Positions 1 to 9,605 are shown, counted from the stretch's first letter. The stretch is 64,000 bases of DNA from an archaeon (GCA_030605415.1 JAUWIJ010000006.1:2335-66334); one strand, 5' to 3'. The notes: generated from the letters alone by a model not told the origin. Numbers and translations: made by a program.

Positions 1-380
1 TGCAGGCAACAGCGTCTATCTCTCCGAATATTACTCCTGATTTGGTGAATACAATTGTTTCAAAAGCGAGACCGTCTGATATTAAGATTGTTTTAGATTA
101 TGCGTTGAGTGGGGATTTTGTGAGTTCTAAAGAGAAGTTGTTAGATATTATGTTGAAGGAGTCGATTTCGGGGCAGGATGTGATTAAGGCGATTCAGAAG
201 GAAGTTTGGAATTTGCCGATTGATAATGCTTTGAAGGTTCGGCTGACGGAGAAAACTGGTGAGATTGAGTTTCGATTGGTCGAGGGTGCGGATGAGTTTA
301 TTCAGCTTGAATCTTTAATCGCGGCTTTTGTTATGGCTGGAATTGGTAATGGTGTTGGCGGGTTGAAGGAGAGTGGATAA
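1..380 (+). CDS. rfcS: Replication factor C small subunit, C-terminal part (truncated by window edge)
   Basis: RFC C-terminal helical domain (GEIEFRLVEGADEFIQLESL); rfcL lies nearby. Confidence 0.9.
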   Translation, partial: QATASISPNITPDLVNTIVSKARPSDIKIVLDYALSGDFVSSKEKLLDIMLKESISGQDVIKAIQKEVWNLPIDNALKVRLTEKTGEIEFRLVEGADEFIQLESLIAAFVMAGIGNGVGGLKESG

Positions 381-790
381 TGAAAATTTATATTGCGTGC
401 AGTAAGTATTTTTATTCCGAAATAAAAAAAATTGCTAATATTTTAGAGGACATGGGACATAAAATTAGTTATCCGAATTCTTATGATGAGCCGTTTGCGG
501 AGGAGCGGTTTAAGCAGATGAGTGCGGAAGAACATGCTAAATGGAAAGCGATGATGATGGGCAAGGATAAGGAAAATATTGAGCCGCAGGATGCAATTTT
601 AGTTTTGAATTTTAAAAAGAATAAAATTCCTAACTATATTGGCGGTGCTACTTTTTTAGAGATTTATATGTCTTGGCAATTAAGAAAGAGAATATTTTTT
701 TATAATCCTTTGCCGAATTGCTCTTTTACCGATGAGCTTAAAGGAATAAACCCTATTATAATAAATGGAGATTTGGAGTTGGTACGATGA
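380..790 (+). CDS. Hypothetical protein, possibly nucleoside deoxyribosyltransferase-like fold
   Basis: 136-aa ORF with DAILVLN...YIGGATFLEI pattern; coupled to the Maf gene. Confidence 0.5.
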   Translation: MKIYIACSKYFYSEIKKIANILEDMGHKISYPNSYDEPFAEERFKQMSAEEHAKWKAMMMGKDKENIEPQDAILVLNFKKNKIPNYIGGATFLEIYMSWQLRKRIFFYNPLPNCSFTDELKGINPIIINGDLELVR

Positions 791-1365
791 AAATAATTTT
801 AGCTACGGGGTCGCCCTATAGACAGGCAGTTTTTAGAAATGCGGGAATTGAATTTGAAGCTTATGTAAGTAATATTGATGAAAAGTTTGAGGGTAGACCA
901 ACTGAGCCGTCTGAGCTAGTGAAGGCTCTTGCTGAATTAAAAGCAGAAGAAGTTGCCAAAAATTTTACTGATGGAGTTGTTATAGGGTTTGATTCTTTGG
1001 GTTTTTTTAATGGAGAGATTCTTGAAAAACCAACTTCTTATAACGAGGCTTTTGATAGACTTAGGAGACTTTCTGGGAATTCCTATTCTTTTTTTACTGG
1101 AGTTTATATGAAGAAGTTGCCTACGGGTAATGAAATTGTCCGATGTGTAGAGACAAAGGTGTCAATGAGGATTCTGAGTAATGAAGAGATTAAGGAATAT
1201 TTAATCTCTGATAAAGAAAAACTTTACAAAACTTATGCTCAAGGATTTGACCCTATGAGGGGCATTAGTTCAACATTTATTAAAAATATTAGTGGTAGCT
1301 ATCTGAATATTTTGCAAGGAATTCCGTTGGAAACTGTTGTTGAAATGTTGAGGGAAATAAAATGA
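787..1365 (+). CDS. maf: Maf family nucleoside triphosphate pyrophosphatase
   Basis: IILATGSPYR, AELKA, ILEKP and G(I)P motifs. Confidence 0.9.
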   Translation: MKIILATGSPYRQAVFRNAGIEFEAYVSNIDEKFEGRPTEPSELVKALAELKAEEVAKNFTDGVVIGFDSLGFFNGEILEKPTSYNEAFDRLRRLSGNSYSFFTGVYMKKLPTGNEIVRCVETKVSMRILSNEEIKEYLISDKEKLYKTYAQGFDPMRGISSTFIKNISGSYLNILQGIPLETVVEMLREIK

Positions 1366-2552
1366 TGAATGTGGATAATATTCCGTGGAGTGAAAAGTAT
1401 CGTCCTGAGGGATTTGAGGATATTAAAGGGCAGGATTTAGCGATAGATAAGATAAGGTTTTTTTTAAAAAGTTTCCCGAAGAAGAGGGCGATTGTTTTGC
1501 ACGGGGCACCGGGGATTGGGAAGACGAGTTTGGCTTATGCGATTGCGTCAGAAATGGATGCCGAGATTATGGAATTGAATGCATCGGATTTTCGGAACAA
1601 GGAAAAGATTTCAGAAATTATTGGTCCGGCGAGTAAGCAGAAAAGTTTGTTTAAAAAACATAAAGTTATTTTGATTGATGAGGTTGACGGAATTTCGGCG
1701 ACTAAAGATAGGGGGGGACTTGGGGAGTTGTTGGTTTTGTTAGAGAGGTCGGTGTTTCCCGTGATTGTTACTGCGAATGATATTTGGAATAAAAAGTTTA
1801 GTTTGTTAAGGCGAAAGGCAGAGATTGTTCCGCTGAAGGAAGTTGATTATAAGGTTGTGTTGGGGATTTTGAATGATGTTTGCGAGAGCGAGAACTGTGT
1901 GGTTTCTAATGAAGTTTTGACGTCGATTGCGATTAGGGCGCGTGGGGATATTCGGGCGGCGTTGAATGATTTGCAGGTTTTGTCGAAGATGGATTCGCCG
2001 GAATTAATTAAAGAGGTCGGGGACAGGAACAGAGAACAATCTATTTTTAGTGCGTTGCAATATGTGTTTCAAAATGCGAAGATTGACGAGGATATGATTA
2101 GGGTTTATGATGAGGTTAATATGCCGATTGATGATATTTTTTTGTGGATTGACGAGAATATCCCGTTGGCGTATAAGGGCGAGGAGTTGTGTCGAGCGAT
2201 TGAGGCGTTGAGTTTGGCTGATGTTTTTAGAGGGAGAATTCGTCGGCAGAGACATTGGAGGTTTATGGTTTATGAGTATTTTTTGTTGGGGGCAGGAATT
2301 GCCAGTGTGAAAAAATATAATCGGAGCGGGTGGGTATCATATAAAAAGCCGTCGAGAATTTTGAAGATTTGGTTGCAGAATCAGAGGGCGGCAAAAAAGA
2401 AGACGATTTGTCAGAAGTATGCGAAAATGTGTCATATTTCGACGAAAACTGCGATGAAAGATTTTTTATTATTGAGAGTTATTTTGGGGAATGAGGAAAT
2501 TAGGAGAGGATTAAAACTGAGTAGTGATGAAATTACCTATTTGGATAAGTAA
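1362..2552 (+). CDS. rfcL: Replication factor C large subunit
   Basis: WSEKYRP, GAPGIGKT, ELNASD, IDEVD, GDIRAALNDLQ. Confidence 0.95.
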   Translation: MMNVDNIPWSEKYRPEGFEDIKGQDLAIDKIRFFLKSFPKKRAIVLHGAPGIGKTSLAYAIASEMDAEIMELNASDFRNKEKISEIIGPASKQKSLFKKHKVILIDEVDGISATKDRGGLGELLVLLERSVFPVIVTANDIWNKKFSLLRRKAEIVPLKEVDYKVVLGILNDVCESENCVVSNEVLTSIAIRARGDIRAALNDLQVLSKMDSPELIKEVGDRNREQSIFSALQYVFQNAKIDEDMIRVYDEVNMPIDDIFLWIDENIPLAYKGEELCRAIEALSLADVFRGRIRRQRHWRFMVYEYFLLGAGIASVKKYNRSGWVSYKKPSRILKIWLQNQRAAKKKTICQKYAKMCHISTKTAMKDFLLLRVILGNEEIRRGLKLSSDEITYLDK

Positions 2553-2659
2553 TTTTAATTCTTAGCGACTTATACTGCGTTGGACGAACCCTCACGTAGG
2601 AAACTACGCTACGGAACCGTCCGCCTTGTCTAATCCTGCTAAGAATTAAAATTATTTGT
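2545..2659 (+). other. Long hairpin starting at the rfcL stop codon (17-bp perfect stem, conserved apical core)
   Basis: taattttaattcttagc (2550-2566) is the exact reverse complement of 2638-2654. Confidence 0.85.
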
Positions 2660-2674
2660 ATGGAACGGGAGATT

Positions 2675-2812
2675 TTTAGGAGTTAGGTGGTAGGGACATA
2701 AGCGAGGGATTTGGTATTTGGGATTTGTGGGAACGGGGAATCGGGGAGCTACTAACTATTAATTACCGACTACAAACTGAGAGAGGGGAACGAGAGCGGA
2801 GGAAGGGGGTTG
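2675..2812 (+). repeat. G-rich heptamer-periodic repeat element
   Basis: ggatttg/ggtattt units, G tracts, then ctactaa/ctacaaa units. Confidence 0.75.
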
Positions 2813-2865
2813 AGGAAATACCGAAAATTTTATTAAGTTGTGATTCTTTTTGTATGAGAAGCAAA

Positions 2866-3201
2866 ATGGAATTAATACAAATAAAAGGAATAAAGAATCT
2901 GATAGATGAAGAGAAAAAATTGTTTAATAAATTATTGAATGAATATTATCCAAAAATTCAAAGGAAATTAAAGAATATTATTTTTTTAGAGGTTCATATT
3001 AAAAAATATGAAAAAGATGGCAAGAGAAAAAAGTATACTATAAATATTAAAGTTGTAGATGGCGCGAATGTGTTTGAGGCGAACGCTCATAACTGGGATT
3101 TTGCGAGAACAATGCACAAGGTTTTAAAGAAAATAGAAAATGAAATAGAGAGCAGATTTCATTCAAGTGAGCAACACCCGAAGGCAAAAAAGAGTTTTTG
3201 A
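2866..3201 (+). CDS. HPF/RaiA-like ribosome hibernation domain protein
   Basis: LEVHIKKY...KYTINIKV...FEANAHNWDFARTMHKVLKKIENEI resembles the HPF fold; start moved downstream of the repeat element. Confidence 0.6.
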   Translation: MELIQIKGIKNLIDEEKKLFNKLLNEYYPKIQRKLKNIIFLEVHIKKYEKDGKRKKYTINIKVVDGANVFEANAHNWDFARTMHKVLKKIENEIESRFHSSEQHPKAKKSF

Positions 3202-3294
3202 AACGAATTCTAATTGTTAAAAATTTGATATTATAATTGTAATGTTTTAATAAAATCCAGAAAAGTTTTAATAGTTCGTTTATTTATTTTTTGT

Positions 3295-3918
3295 ATGAAT
3301 AAACAAGGAATGTTGCAAAGTGTTTATAATTATCTTTCTTTATTCGGAGATGTTGACGAGAAAATTTTAGAAGCAATGAAAAAGATTGACAGAAAAGATT
3401 TTATGGATATAAATAAAGAGTTCGCCTACGTTGATAATGCGATGTCAATTGGATATGGTCAGACAATTTCTCAGCCGTCGACAGTTGCCAGAATGTTATC
3501 TTTGCTTAAATTAAAAAAGGGCGATTTTGTTTTGGAAATTGGGACTGGCTCTGGCTGGAATGCTGGTCTGATAAGTTATTTGGTTAAATCAGGAAAGGTT
3601 AAGAGTTTAGAGATTGTTAAGGAGTTGGCAGAAAGGTCAAGGAATAAAATCAAGGAATTGGAAATAAAAAATATTGAGATTAAAGAAGAGGACTTTAGAA
3701 AATTAAAAGAAAAGTTTGATAAGATTATTTTTACTGCGGGCATTTTACACAGCGAAGAAAATATAATTGAAAATTTTGCTCAAGGACATTTAAATGAAAA
3801 CGGAATTTTAGTGTGTCCGCATCAGTCGGGACCTTTAATTATAATTAAAAAGAAGCAGGGAAAAATTAAGAAAGATTATACAAATGAGGAGTATGGGTTT
3901 GTGCCTTTGGTTTTGTGA
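3295..3918 (+). CDS. pcm: Protein-L-isoaspartate O-methyltransferase
   Basis: IGYGQTISQP, VLEIGTGSGW, FVPL terminus. Confidence 0.93.
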   Translation: MNKQGMLQSVYNYLSLFGDVDEKILEAMKKIDRKDFMDINKEFAYVDNAMSIGYGQTISQPSTVARMLSLLKLKKGDFVLEIGTGSGWNAGLISYLVKSGKVKSLEIVKELAERSRNKIKELEIKNIEIKEEDFRKLKEKFDKIIFTAGILHSEENIIENFAQGHLNENGILVCPHQSGPLIIIKKKQGKIKKDYTNEEYGFVPLVL

Positions 3919-4445
3919 TTTTTTTCTTTTTCGGTATTTATTCCATAACACCAAATTTCTGCATCTCTCCATGTGTTCTTGTTAAGACCTGTCTTTAAAC
4001 TGAGATGCTCTAAAAATTCAATTTTATCCGGAATCTGTTTCCAGACCTGTGGCAAAAATGTTGCATTATGAAAACCTTTTTTTAGTATTATTCCCATTTT
4101 ATTATTTATTTTTTTGAGCAGTTCTTCAGGGGTTTTAAATTTTAATTTTTTTGGTTTGCTTAAAATAGAAACTTCAATTTTAATTTTTTTTAGTTCTTGT
4201 TTTTCTAACGGTGAGAATCTTGAGTCGTGGAAAGCAGAATTTATTGCATTTTCCTGAACATCTTTGTATAATTGTCTTATTGAAAATAGTGAGCCAATGC
4301 ACCCTCTTAACTTATTGTTTTTGGTCAAGGTGACAAAGCTTGCTTTTTTTTCTTTATATTTTTCTTTATATTTTTCGTCTGGTTTAAAATTTTTGTTTTG
4401 AAAATAAGCTTCAATTGTTTTTCGTGCAAGTTGTGAGAGGTTCAT
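3876..4445 (-). CDS. amrA: AMMECR1 domain protein (AmmeMemoRadiSam protein A)
   Basis: FVTL..LRGCIG, D(S)RF, ATFLPQVW; start set at MNLSQLAR. Confidence 0.92.
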   Translation of the reverse strand: MNLSQLARKTIEAYFQNKNFKPDEKYKEKYKEKKASFVTLTKNNKLRGCIGSLFSIRQLYKDVQENAINSAFHDSRFSPLEKQELKKIKIEVSILSKPKKLKFKTPEELLKKINNKMGIILKKGFHNATFLPQVWKQIPDKIEFLEHLSLKTGLNKNTWRDAEIWCYGINTEKEKNHKTKGTNPYSSFV

Positions 4446-4449
4446 TTTT

Positions 4450-5448
4450 TTATTTAAAAATTCCTGCAATTTTTTCTCCGCAATAAGGACATTTATCTTT
4501 TTTGAGTTTGTTTTCAATTAAATAACCTGTTCTTTTTATTATTTCTTTTTTACAATGAGGGCAAAAGGTTGGGCTTTCTTCAGGGATGTTTCCAATGTAA
4601 ACATAGTTTAGATGTTTTTTTCCTATTTCATATGCTTTCTTTAAACTCTCGAATGACGTTGGTTGTTTGTTTAACATTTTATATGTCGGAAAAAATCTTG
4701 AGATGTGCCATGGAATATTTTTATCTATTGAGGCAATAAATTTTGCAATTTGTTCCAATTCTTCTTTTGAGTCATTTTCGCCCGGAATAATCAATGTTGT
4801 AATTTCAATCCAGATTTTTTTCTTGTACGCAAGTTTGATTGTTTCTAAAACTGGTTTTAGGCGGGCAGAGCAAATCTCTGTGTAAAATTTATCTTTAAAA
4901 GATTTCAAATCAATGTTCATTGCATCAATGTAAGGAGAAATATAATCTAAACATTTTTTTGTCATAAACCCATTTGTCACTAAAATGTTTTTCAATGCTT
5001 TTTGTTTTGCTAATTTTGCTGTGTCGTGAACAAATTCAATAAAAATTGTCGGCTCAGTATATGTATATGAAATGCTTTTGCATTTATTTTTTAGTGTATC
5101 ATTAACAATTTGTTCAGGAGTTATTTCTTCTCCTATAACTTTTTTATAATATTCTCTAAATTGGGAAATGTCATAATTCTGACAAAATTTGCATTTAAAA
5201 TTGCATCCTACTGTTCCAATTGAATAGGCATTAGTTTCAGGAAGAAAATGATACAAGGGTTTTTTCTCTATTGGGTCAATGTGTTTTGCAACAACTTTTC
5301 CATAAACAAGAAGATAGAGTTTTCCTTTGATATTTTTTCGGACTCCGCAGATTCCTGTTTTGCCTTGTGATATTAGGCATTTATGATTGCAGGCAAGACA
5401 CTGGACTTTATTATCTTTTAATTTTTTGTAGAGAGCACATTGTTTCAT
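4450..5448 (-). CDS. amrS: AmmeMemoRadiSam system radical SAM enzyme
   Basis: DPIEKKPLYHF, CNFKCKFCQN, WHISRFFP. Confidence 0.93.
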   Translation of the reverse strand: MKQCALYKKLKDNKVQCLACNHKCLISQGKTGICGVRKNIKGKLYLLVYGKVVAKHIDPIEKKPLYHFLPETNAYSIGTVGCNFKCKFCQNYDISQFREYYKKVIGEEITPEQIVNDTLKNKCKSISYTYTEPTIFIEFVHDTAKLAKQKALKNILVTNGFMTKKCLDYISPYIDAMNIDLKSFKDKFYTEICSARLKPVLETIKLAYKKKIWIEITTLIIPGENDSKEELEQIAKFIASIDKNIPWHISRFFPTYKMLNKQPTSFESLKKAYEIGKKHLNYVYIGNIPEESPTFCPHCKKEIIKRTGYLIENKLKKDKCPYCGEKIAGIFK

Positions 5449-5481
5449 AAGATTAATAAGCATGTGTTTATTAAATAGTTT

Positions 5482-6183
5482 ATGGCTGAGTGGTATCCAT
5501 CAGATAAAAATGAGTTGGGTAATTTATTAGAAAAGTTTTTGTCTCAAAAAACAGGTTTTGAGGGTGAGGTGCATGGATTAGTTGTGCCCCATGCTGGTTA
5601 TGTTTTTTCTGGAGCAGTTGCAGGGAAATCTTTTGGTTTATTGAAGAATAAAAAAATAAATAAAGTAGTTGTTTTGGGACCGTCTCATTATGCCGATTTT
5701 CATGGCGTGCGGGCTTTGGAAAAAATTAAAACTCCTTTAGGCGGAGTTAGAATAATTGAAAATGATTTTGAAAAATTAAAATGTGAACATTCTGTTGAAA
5801 ACCAGATTCCTTTTTTGCAATTTTTAAATTCTGAGATTGAGGTTTTACCTTTGGTTGTAGGAGAGATTTCAAATAAAGAAGCTCAGGAGATTGCTAAAGA
5901 AATTGCGAAAATTGACGGAGTTTATGTTTTTTCAAGTGATTTGAGTCATTTTTTCCCTTATGATATTGCTGTTGAAAAAGATAAAAAAACGATTGGAATA
6001 ATTGAGGATTTAGATTTTGAAAAATTTAATGAGGTTGATGCTTGTGGAAAATTTCCTTTATTGATTATGATTCATTTGTGTAAATTATATAACTGGAAAC
6101 CAAAACTTATAGAATATAAAAATTCAGGAGATATTACAGGAGATAAAAATAGTGTCGTAGGTTATGCAAGTTTTGTATTTTAA
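5482..6183 (+). CDS. amrB: MEMO1 family protein (AmmeMemoRadiSam protein B)
   Basis: PHAGY, GPSH, EHSVE, SSDLSH, VVGYAS. Confidence 0.93.
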   Translation: MAEWYPSDKNELGNLLEKFLSQKTGFEGEVHGLVVPHAGYVFSGAVAGKSFGLLKNKKINKVVVLGPSHYADFHGVRALEKIKTPLGGVRIIENDFEKLKCEHSVENQIPFLQFLNSEIEVLPLVVGEISNKEAQEIAKEIAKIDGVYVFSSDLSHFFPYDIAVEKDKKTIGIIEDLDFEKFNEVDACGKFPLLIMIHLCKLYNWKPKLIEYKNSGDITGDKNSVVGYASFVF

Positions 6184-6290
6184 GATTTTATAAAAATGAA
6201 TAATTTTTAACATTGAGCCTGCGTGTCAGCTCCAGTTGTATCCCATCCCCACATTGGACTTGGTGCCGTGCTTGAAAATTCATATAAAAT

Positions 6291-7010
6291 TTAATTAGCT
6301 ATACAATTATCAACCCAATTTTTAAGAGCTAATTTATCCATTTCTCTATTTTCATCTGTAAACGCTCCTACATGTATTTCATTTGTTCTTGGGCAAATAA
6401 ACTGTGGGACTCCACCACTACCCATATGTGCCCGAATACATTCATTAATTATTTGAGAACCTTCTGTGTCACTTCCTTCAATCCATTTGAAATTATATCC
6501 TTCTTCTTCTAATGCTTCTACTCCTGGTTTCATTTTTGCACACCATCCACATCCGTCGGAATAATAAAAAATAATTGTTTCATTTGAAATCCCATATTTT
6601 TCAACACATTCGTAGATAGGAATTTTAGGAGTGTTGTCTTGAGCAGTTTGTTGTGGTGTATCCCGAACTGCGTTTGCTGTTAGCGGGATTACCTGTTGTG
6701 TGAACGACTTCCCGTCTTTGGTTACATAGAGTGGGACTTGCTGTCCTTGTATTGATAAGACGACTTGATAAAATTGTCCGCTGTCTTCTACTGAAACCAA
6801 TTCTGCTCCTGCTCCTTGGTTGTTTGCGAATGATAGTATATTTTGTCCAGCTTTTTCTGCACTGACCACTGCACTGGTTGTTGAGCATCCGTTTATTAAA
6901 ATTGCGATTAGTATAACTGCCAATATCACCGTCGAAATTGCCCAATAGTTTTCTGGCAAATTTTTTAGAATTTTCTTGCAGTCAAATTTGCACTTCTTTT
7001 TATCTGTCAT
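6291..7010 (-). CDS. Membrane-anchored thioredoxin-like protein
   Basis: N-terminal TM helix, CGWC motif, GVP cis-Pro loop. Confidence 0.75.
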   Translation of the reverse strand: MTDKKKCKFDCKKILKNLPENYWAISTVILAVILIAILINGCSTTSAVVSAEKAGQNILSFANNQGAGAELVSVEDSGQFYQVVLSIQGQQVPLYVTKDGKSFTQQVIPLTANAVRDTPQQTAQDNTPKIPIYECVEKYGISNETIIFYYSDGCGWCAKMKPGVEALEEEGYNFKWIEGSDTEGSQIINECIRAHMGSGGVPQFICPRTNEIHVGAFTDENREMDKLALKNWVDNCIAN

Positions 7011-7060
7011 GTTTTATTGAAAAAACAATTCTTTATAAATGTTTTCGTTAGTTTAGTTAT

Positions 7061-7969
7061 ATGAATATCGAGCAGAAGGTTGCGGAGACTATTAAGAAAT
7101 ATAAATTACTTAAGAAGTCGGATAAGGTAGTTGTGGCTTTGTCGGGTGGGAAAGATTCGACGAGCGTTTTATATATATTGAAAAAATTGGGATATAACGT
7201 CGAGGGGCTGATGATTGATTTGTATTTGGGGCAGTGGTCAGAGATTCATAATAAAAATATGATTAAGTTTTGTAGGGAGATTGGTGTGCCGTTGACGATT
7301 GTTGATTTGAAAAAAGAGGTGGGGCAAAGGATTTGTTTTATCAAAACGGTTTTAAAAAAGCAAAAGAACTTGACGGGGTGCACGGTTTGTGGAATTATTA
7401 AGCGGTGGATTTTGAATAAGTGGGCGAAGAAGATGGGGGCGAATAAGTTGGTGACCGGGCATAATTTGGACGACGAGGCGCAAAATGTTTTGATGAATTT
7501 TTTGAAAGGAAATATTTTGCTCGGGGTGAATTCGTCGCCAGCGACAGGGGGGAGTGGGGACGGAGGGTCGGAGGTTCGGGGTTCGGGGTTCGGGAAAGTG
7601 GGAACAGGGAAGGGGGAACAGCCGACAGCCGACAGCCGACAGCCGACAGCCGAAGGTGGCTTCGTTCAGAGAATTAAGCCGTTGTTTTTTATTCCGGAAT
7701 CTGAAATTATGAAATATGCTAAGAAAAAAAAATTTGATATTTTGTATGATAAATGTCCGTGTGCGTTTGGGACGTACAGGGTTGAGACCAGAGATTGGAT
7801 GAGTAATATAAGTGATGGGGAAAAAATGACGATTGTTAAAGAATTCCAAAAATTAATTCCTAGATTAAGAGAAGGAAATTTTCGGGAAATTAAGAAATGT
7901 AAAAAATGCGGGGAGCCGTCGAGGGGCGAAGTTTGTAGTGCTTGTAAGATTTTTGAATGTCTGAAGTAA
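7061..7969 (+). CDS. TtcA/TtuA/Ncs6 family tRNA 2-thiolation protein with an in-frame repeat insertion
   Basis: SGGKDS PP-loop, CTVC, TGHNLDD, C-terminal Zn finger. Confidence 0.9.
   Translation: MNIEQKVAETIKKYKLLKKSDKVVVALSGGKDSTSVLYILKKLGYNVEGLMIDLYLGQWSEIHNKNMIKFCREIGVPLTIVDLKKEVGQRICFIKTVLKKQKNLTGCTVCGIIKRWILNKWAKKMGANKLVTGHNLDDEAQNVLMNFLKGNILLGVNSSPATGGSGDGGSEVRGSGFGKVGTGKGEQPTADSRQPTAEGGFVQRIKPLFFIPESEIMKYAKKKKFDILYDKCPCAFGTYRVETRDWMSNISDGEKMTIVKEFQKLIPRLREGNFREIKKCKKCGEPSRGEVCSACKIFECLK
7553..7654 (+). repeat. In-frame heptamer repeat insertion (5x CAGCCGA plus GGTTCGG units)
   Basis: Tandem cagccga at 7619-7653 preceded by G-rich heptamers. Confidence 0.9.
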
Positions 7970-8022
7970 CCTATATATTATATCCCATATTTTCTTATAA
8001 AGGTTTGAAATTTTATTCAGAC

Positions 8023-8787
8023 ATGAAAGAAGGAAAGCTAATTGTTTTTGAAGGAACTGATTGTTCTGGAAAATCTACACAGATTAATTTGTTAATTGAA
8101 AAATTAAAAAGTTTAAATCGTGGAGTTGTAACCTTAGACTTTCCGAATTATTCGACGCCGACCGGAAAGATTGTGCGACGTTATCTTGATGGGGAGTTTG
8201 GTCCTGCGAATGAAATTCCGGCGAAGGTTGCTTCAGTTTTTTATGCAGAAGATAGGTTTGCCTCGAAAAAATTTATTTATGACGAGTTGGAAAAGGGGAA
8301 TGTGACGATTTTGGATAGGTATGTTGAGTCAAATATGGGACATCAGGGAGGAAAGATTCGTGACCGTGCCGAGAGAGAGAAGTTTTTTGAGTGGTTGTAT
8401 AAACTTGAATATGAGAATTTTAAACTACCAAAGCCTGACGCCGTTGTGTTTCTTTATATGCCGTATGAGGTTGGTCAGCAATTGATGTCGGAACGTGAAC
8501 GGAAGTCGGAGTTTCATCCTGGGGCCGAGAAGTTAGATGGACACGAAGGGTGCAAGGAACATATGAAAAATGCGGAGGAGTCATATTTACATTTGGCTGA
8601 ATTGTATGGTTGGATTATGATTAATTGTGCGCCGAACGGAACGATGGCTTCGCTGAAGACGCCAAAAGAAATTCATGAAGAGTTGTGGGAGAAGTTGGAG
8701 GAACGTTTGAAATACAGTGAGGATGAAAGAAAACGAAATGGTTATTGTTGGAAACTGGATTGCGGATGTGATAAATCATATGTCTGA
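8023..8787 (+). CDS. tmk: Thymidylate kinase
   Basis: FEGTDCSGKSTQ, LDRYVESN, LPKPD; atypical C-terminal tail. Confidence 0.92.
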   Translation: MKEGKLIVFEGTDCSGKSTQINLLIEKLKSLNRGVVTLDFPNYSTPTGKIVRRYLDGEFGPANEIPAKVASVFYAEDRFASKKFIYDELEKGNVTILDRYVESNMGHQGGKIRDRAEREKFFEWLYKLEYENFKLPKPDAVVFLYMPYEVGQQLMSERERKSEFHPGAEKLDGHEGCKEHMKNAEESYLHLAELYGWIMINCAPNGTMASLKTPKEIHEELWEKLEERLKYSEDERKRNGYCWKLDCGCDKSYV

Positions 8788-8854
8788 TGAATCTGTCCGT
8801 GAGAAAATTCGGGAAGAGGTTAGAGAAATGTGTAAGGGGTTTTGTTTTTATTAA
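8723..8854 (+). pseudogene. glyA: C-terminal remnant of serine hydroxymethyltransferase
   Basis: Translates MKENEMVIVGNWIADVINHMSDESVREKIREEVREMCKGFCFY*, resembling the last two helices of SHMT. Confidence 0.75.
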
Positions 8855-9035
8855 AATTCTTAATATCATCCTCGACATTTCTATCATAATTTTATGGAAA
8901 ATTTTGGCTATATAAAGATGCGTAACTATTAAAAAAAAGTAAATGCGGGTTTGAAATGTTAACTATTGTTAACAGAGATGTATTCTTTATGACAATAATC
9001 TTTAAATAGTCTTTCTTGTAATGTTTTTCTTACAA

Positions 9036-9083
9036 CTACAAGCAATTGTGGTTAAAAGAGGTGCGAGATACTATATCTTGTAT
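9036..9083 (+). promoter_or_regulatory. Tandem NrdR boxes downstream of a TATA box (tttaaata, 9001-9008)
   Basis: atactatatcttgtat (9068-9083) fits acaCwAtATaTwGtgt; weaker ctacaagcaattgtgg lies 32 bp upstream. Confidence 0.7.
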
Positions 9084-9160
9084 TCACTAAAAAATAACAA
9101 AGTGACCTCAAAGAAGTCCCATGTTTTCATTTGTTTAATAAAGGCAACAAAAAATAAAAA

Positions 9161-9604
9161 ATGCTATGTCCATATTGTACTGCGAGCGAAACGAAAGTTA
9201 CTGATAAGCGTGATAGTGGTTCGGTGGCGCGTCGGAGACGTGAATGTTTAAAATGTGGGAAACGATGGACGACGTATGAGAGGGTAGAGTTAGATCTTAA
9301 TGTTATTAAAAAAGATGGTCGGCGGGAAAAATTTTCGCGTGGAAAACTTTTTGAAGGAATTGACAAGAATCTTCAGAAAAGGCCTTTTACAAGTGAGCAA
9401 ATAGATAAAATTGTTGATGATGTGGAAGCGAATATTTACCGAGTTGCAAAAGATAAAGATATTAAAAGTTCAAAAGTCGGCGATATTGTTATGAACAAAC
9501 TCAAGCGAATTGACAAAGTTGCGTATATTCGTTTTGCGGCGGTATATCGTGATTTTGCTGACATCAAAGAATTCAGGGACGAGATTAAAAAATTAGGAAA
9601 ATAA
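9161..9604 (+). CDS. nrdR: Transcriptional repressor NrdR
   Basis: CPYC..RRRRECLKCGKRWTTYE zinc ribbon, ATP cone, VAYIRFAAVYRDF. Confidence 0.96.
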   Translation: MLCPYCTASETKVTDKRDSGSVARRRRECLKCGKRWTTYERVELDLNVIKKDGRREKFSRGKLFEGIDKNLQKRPFTSEQIDKIVDDVEANIYRVAKDKDIKSSKVGDIVMNKLKRIDKVAYIRFAAVYRDFADIKEFRDEIKKLGK

Positions 9605-9605
9605 A

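Noticed and set aside
373..1379. 9-bp repeat gtggataat at the rfcS end and rfcL start as an insertion duplication around the Maf pair
   Set aside because: Too short to separate from chance.
2725..2865. N-terminal extensions given by the ORF track (also tmk, nrdD, rps7, 58454)
   Set aside because: They run through repeats, promoters or tRNA; downstream ATGs fit homology and TATA/RBS spacing better.
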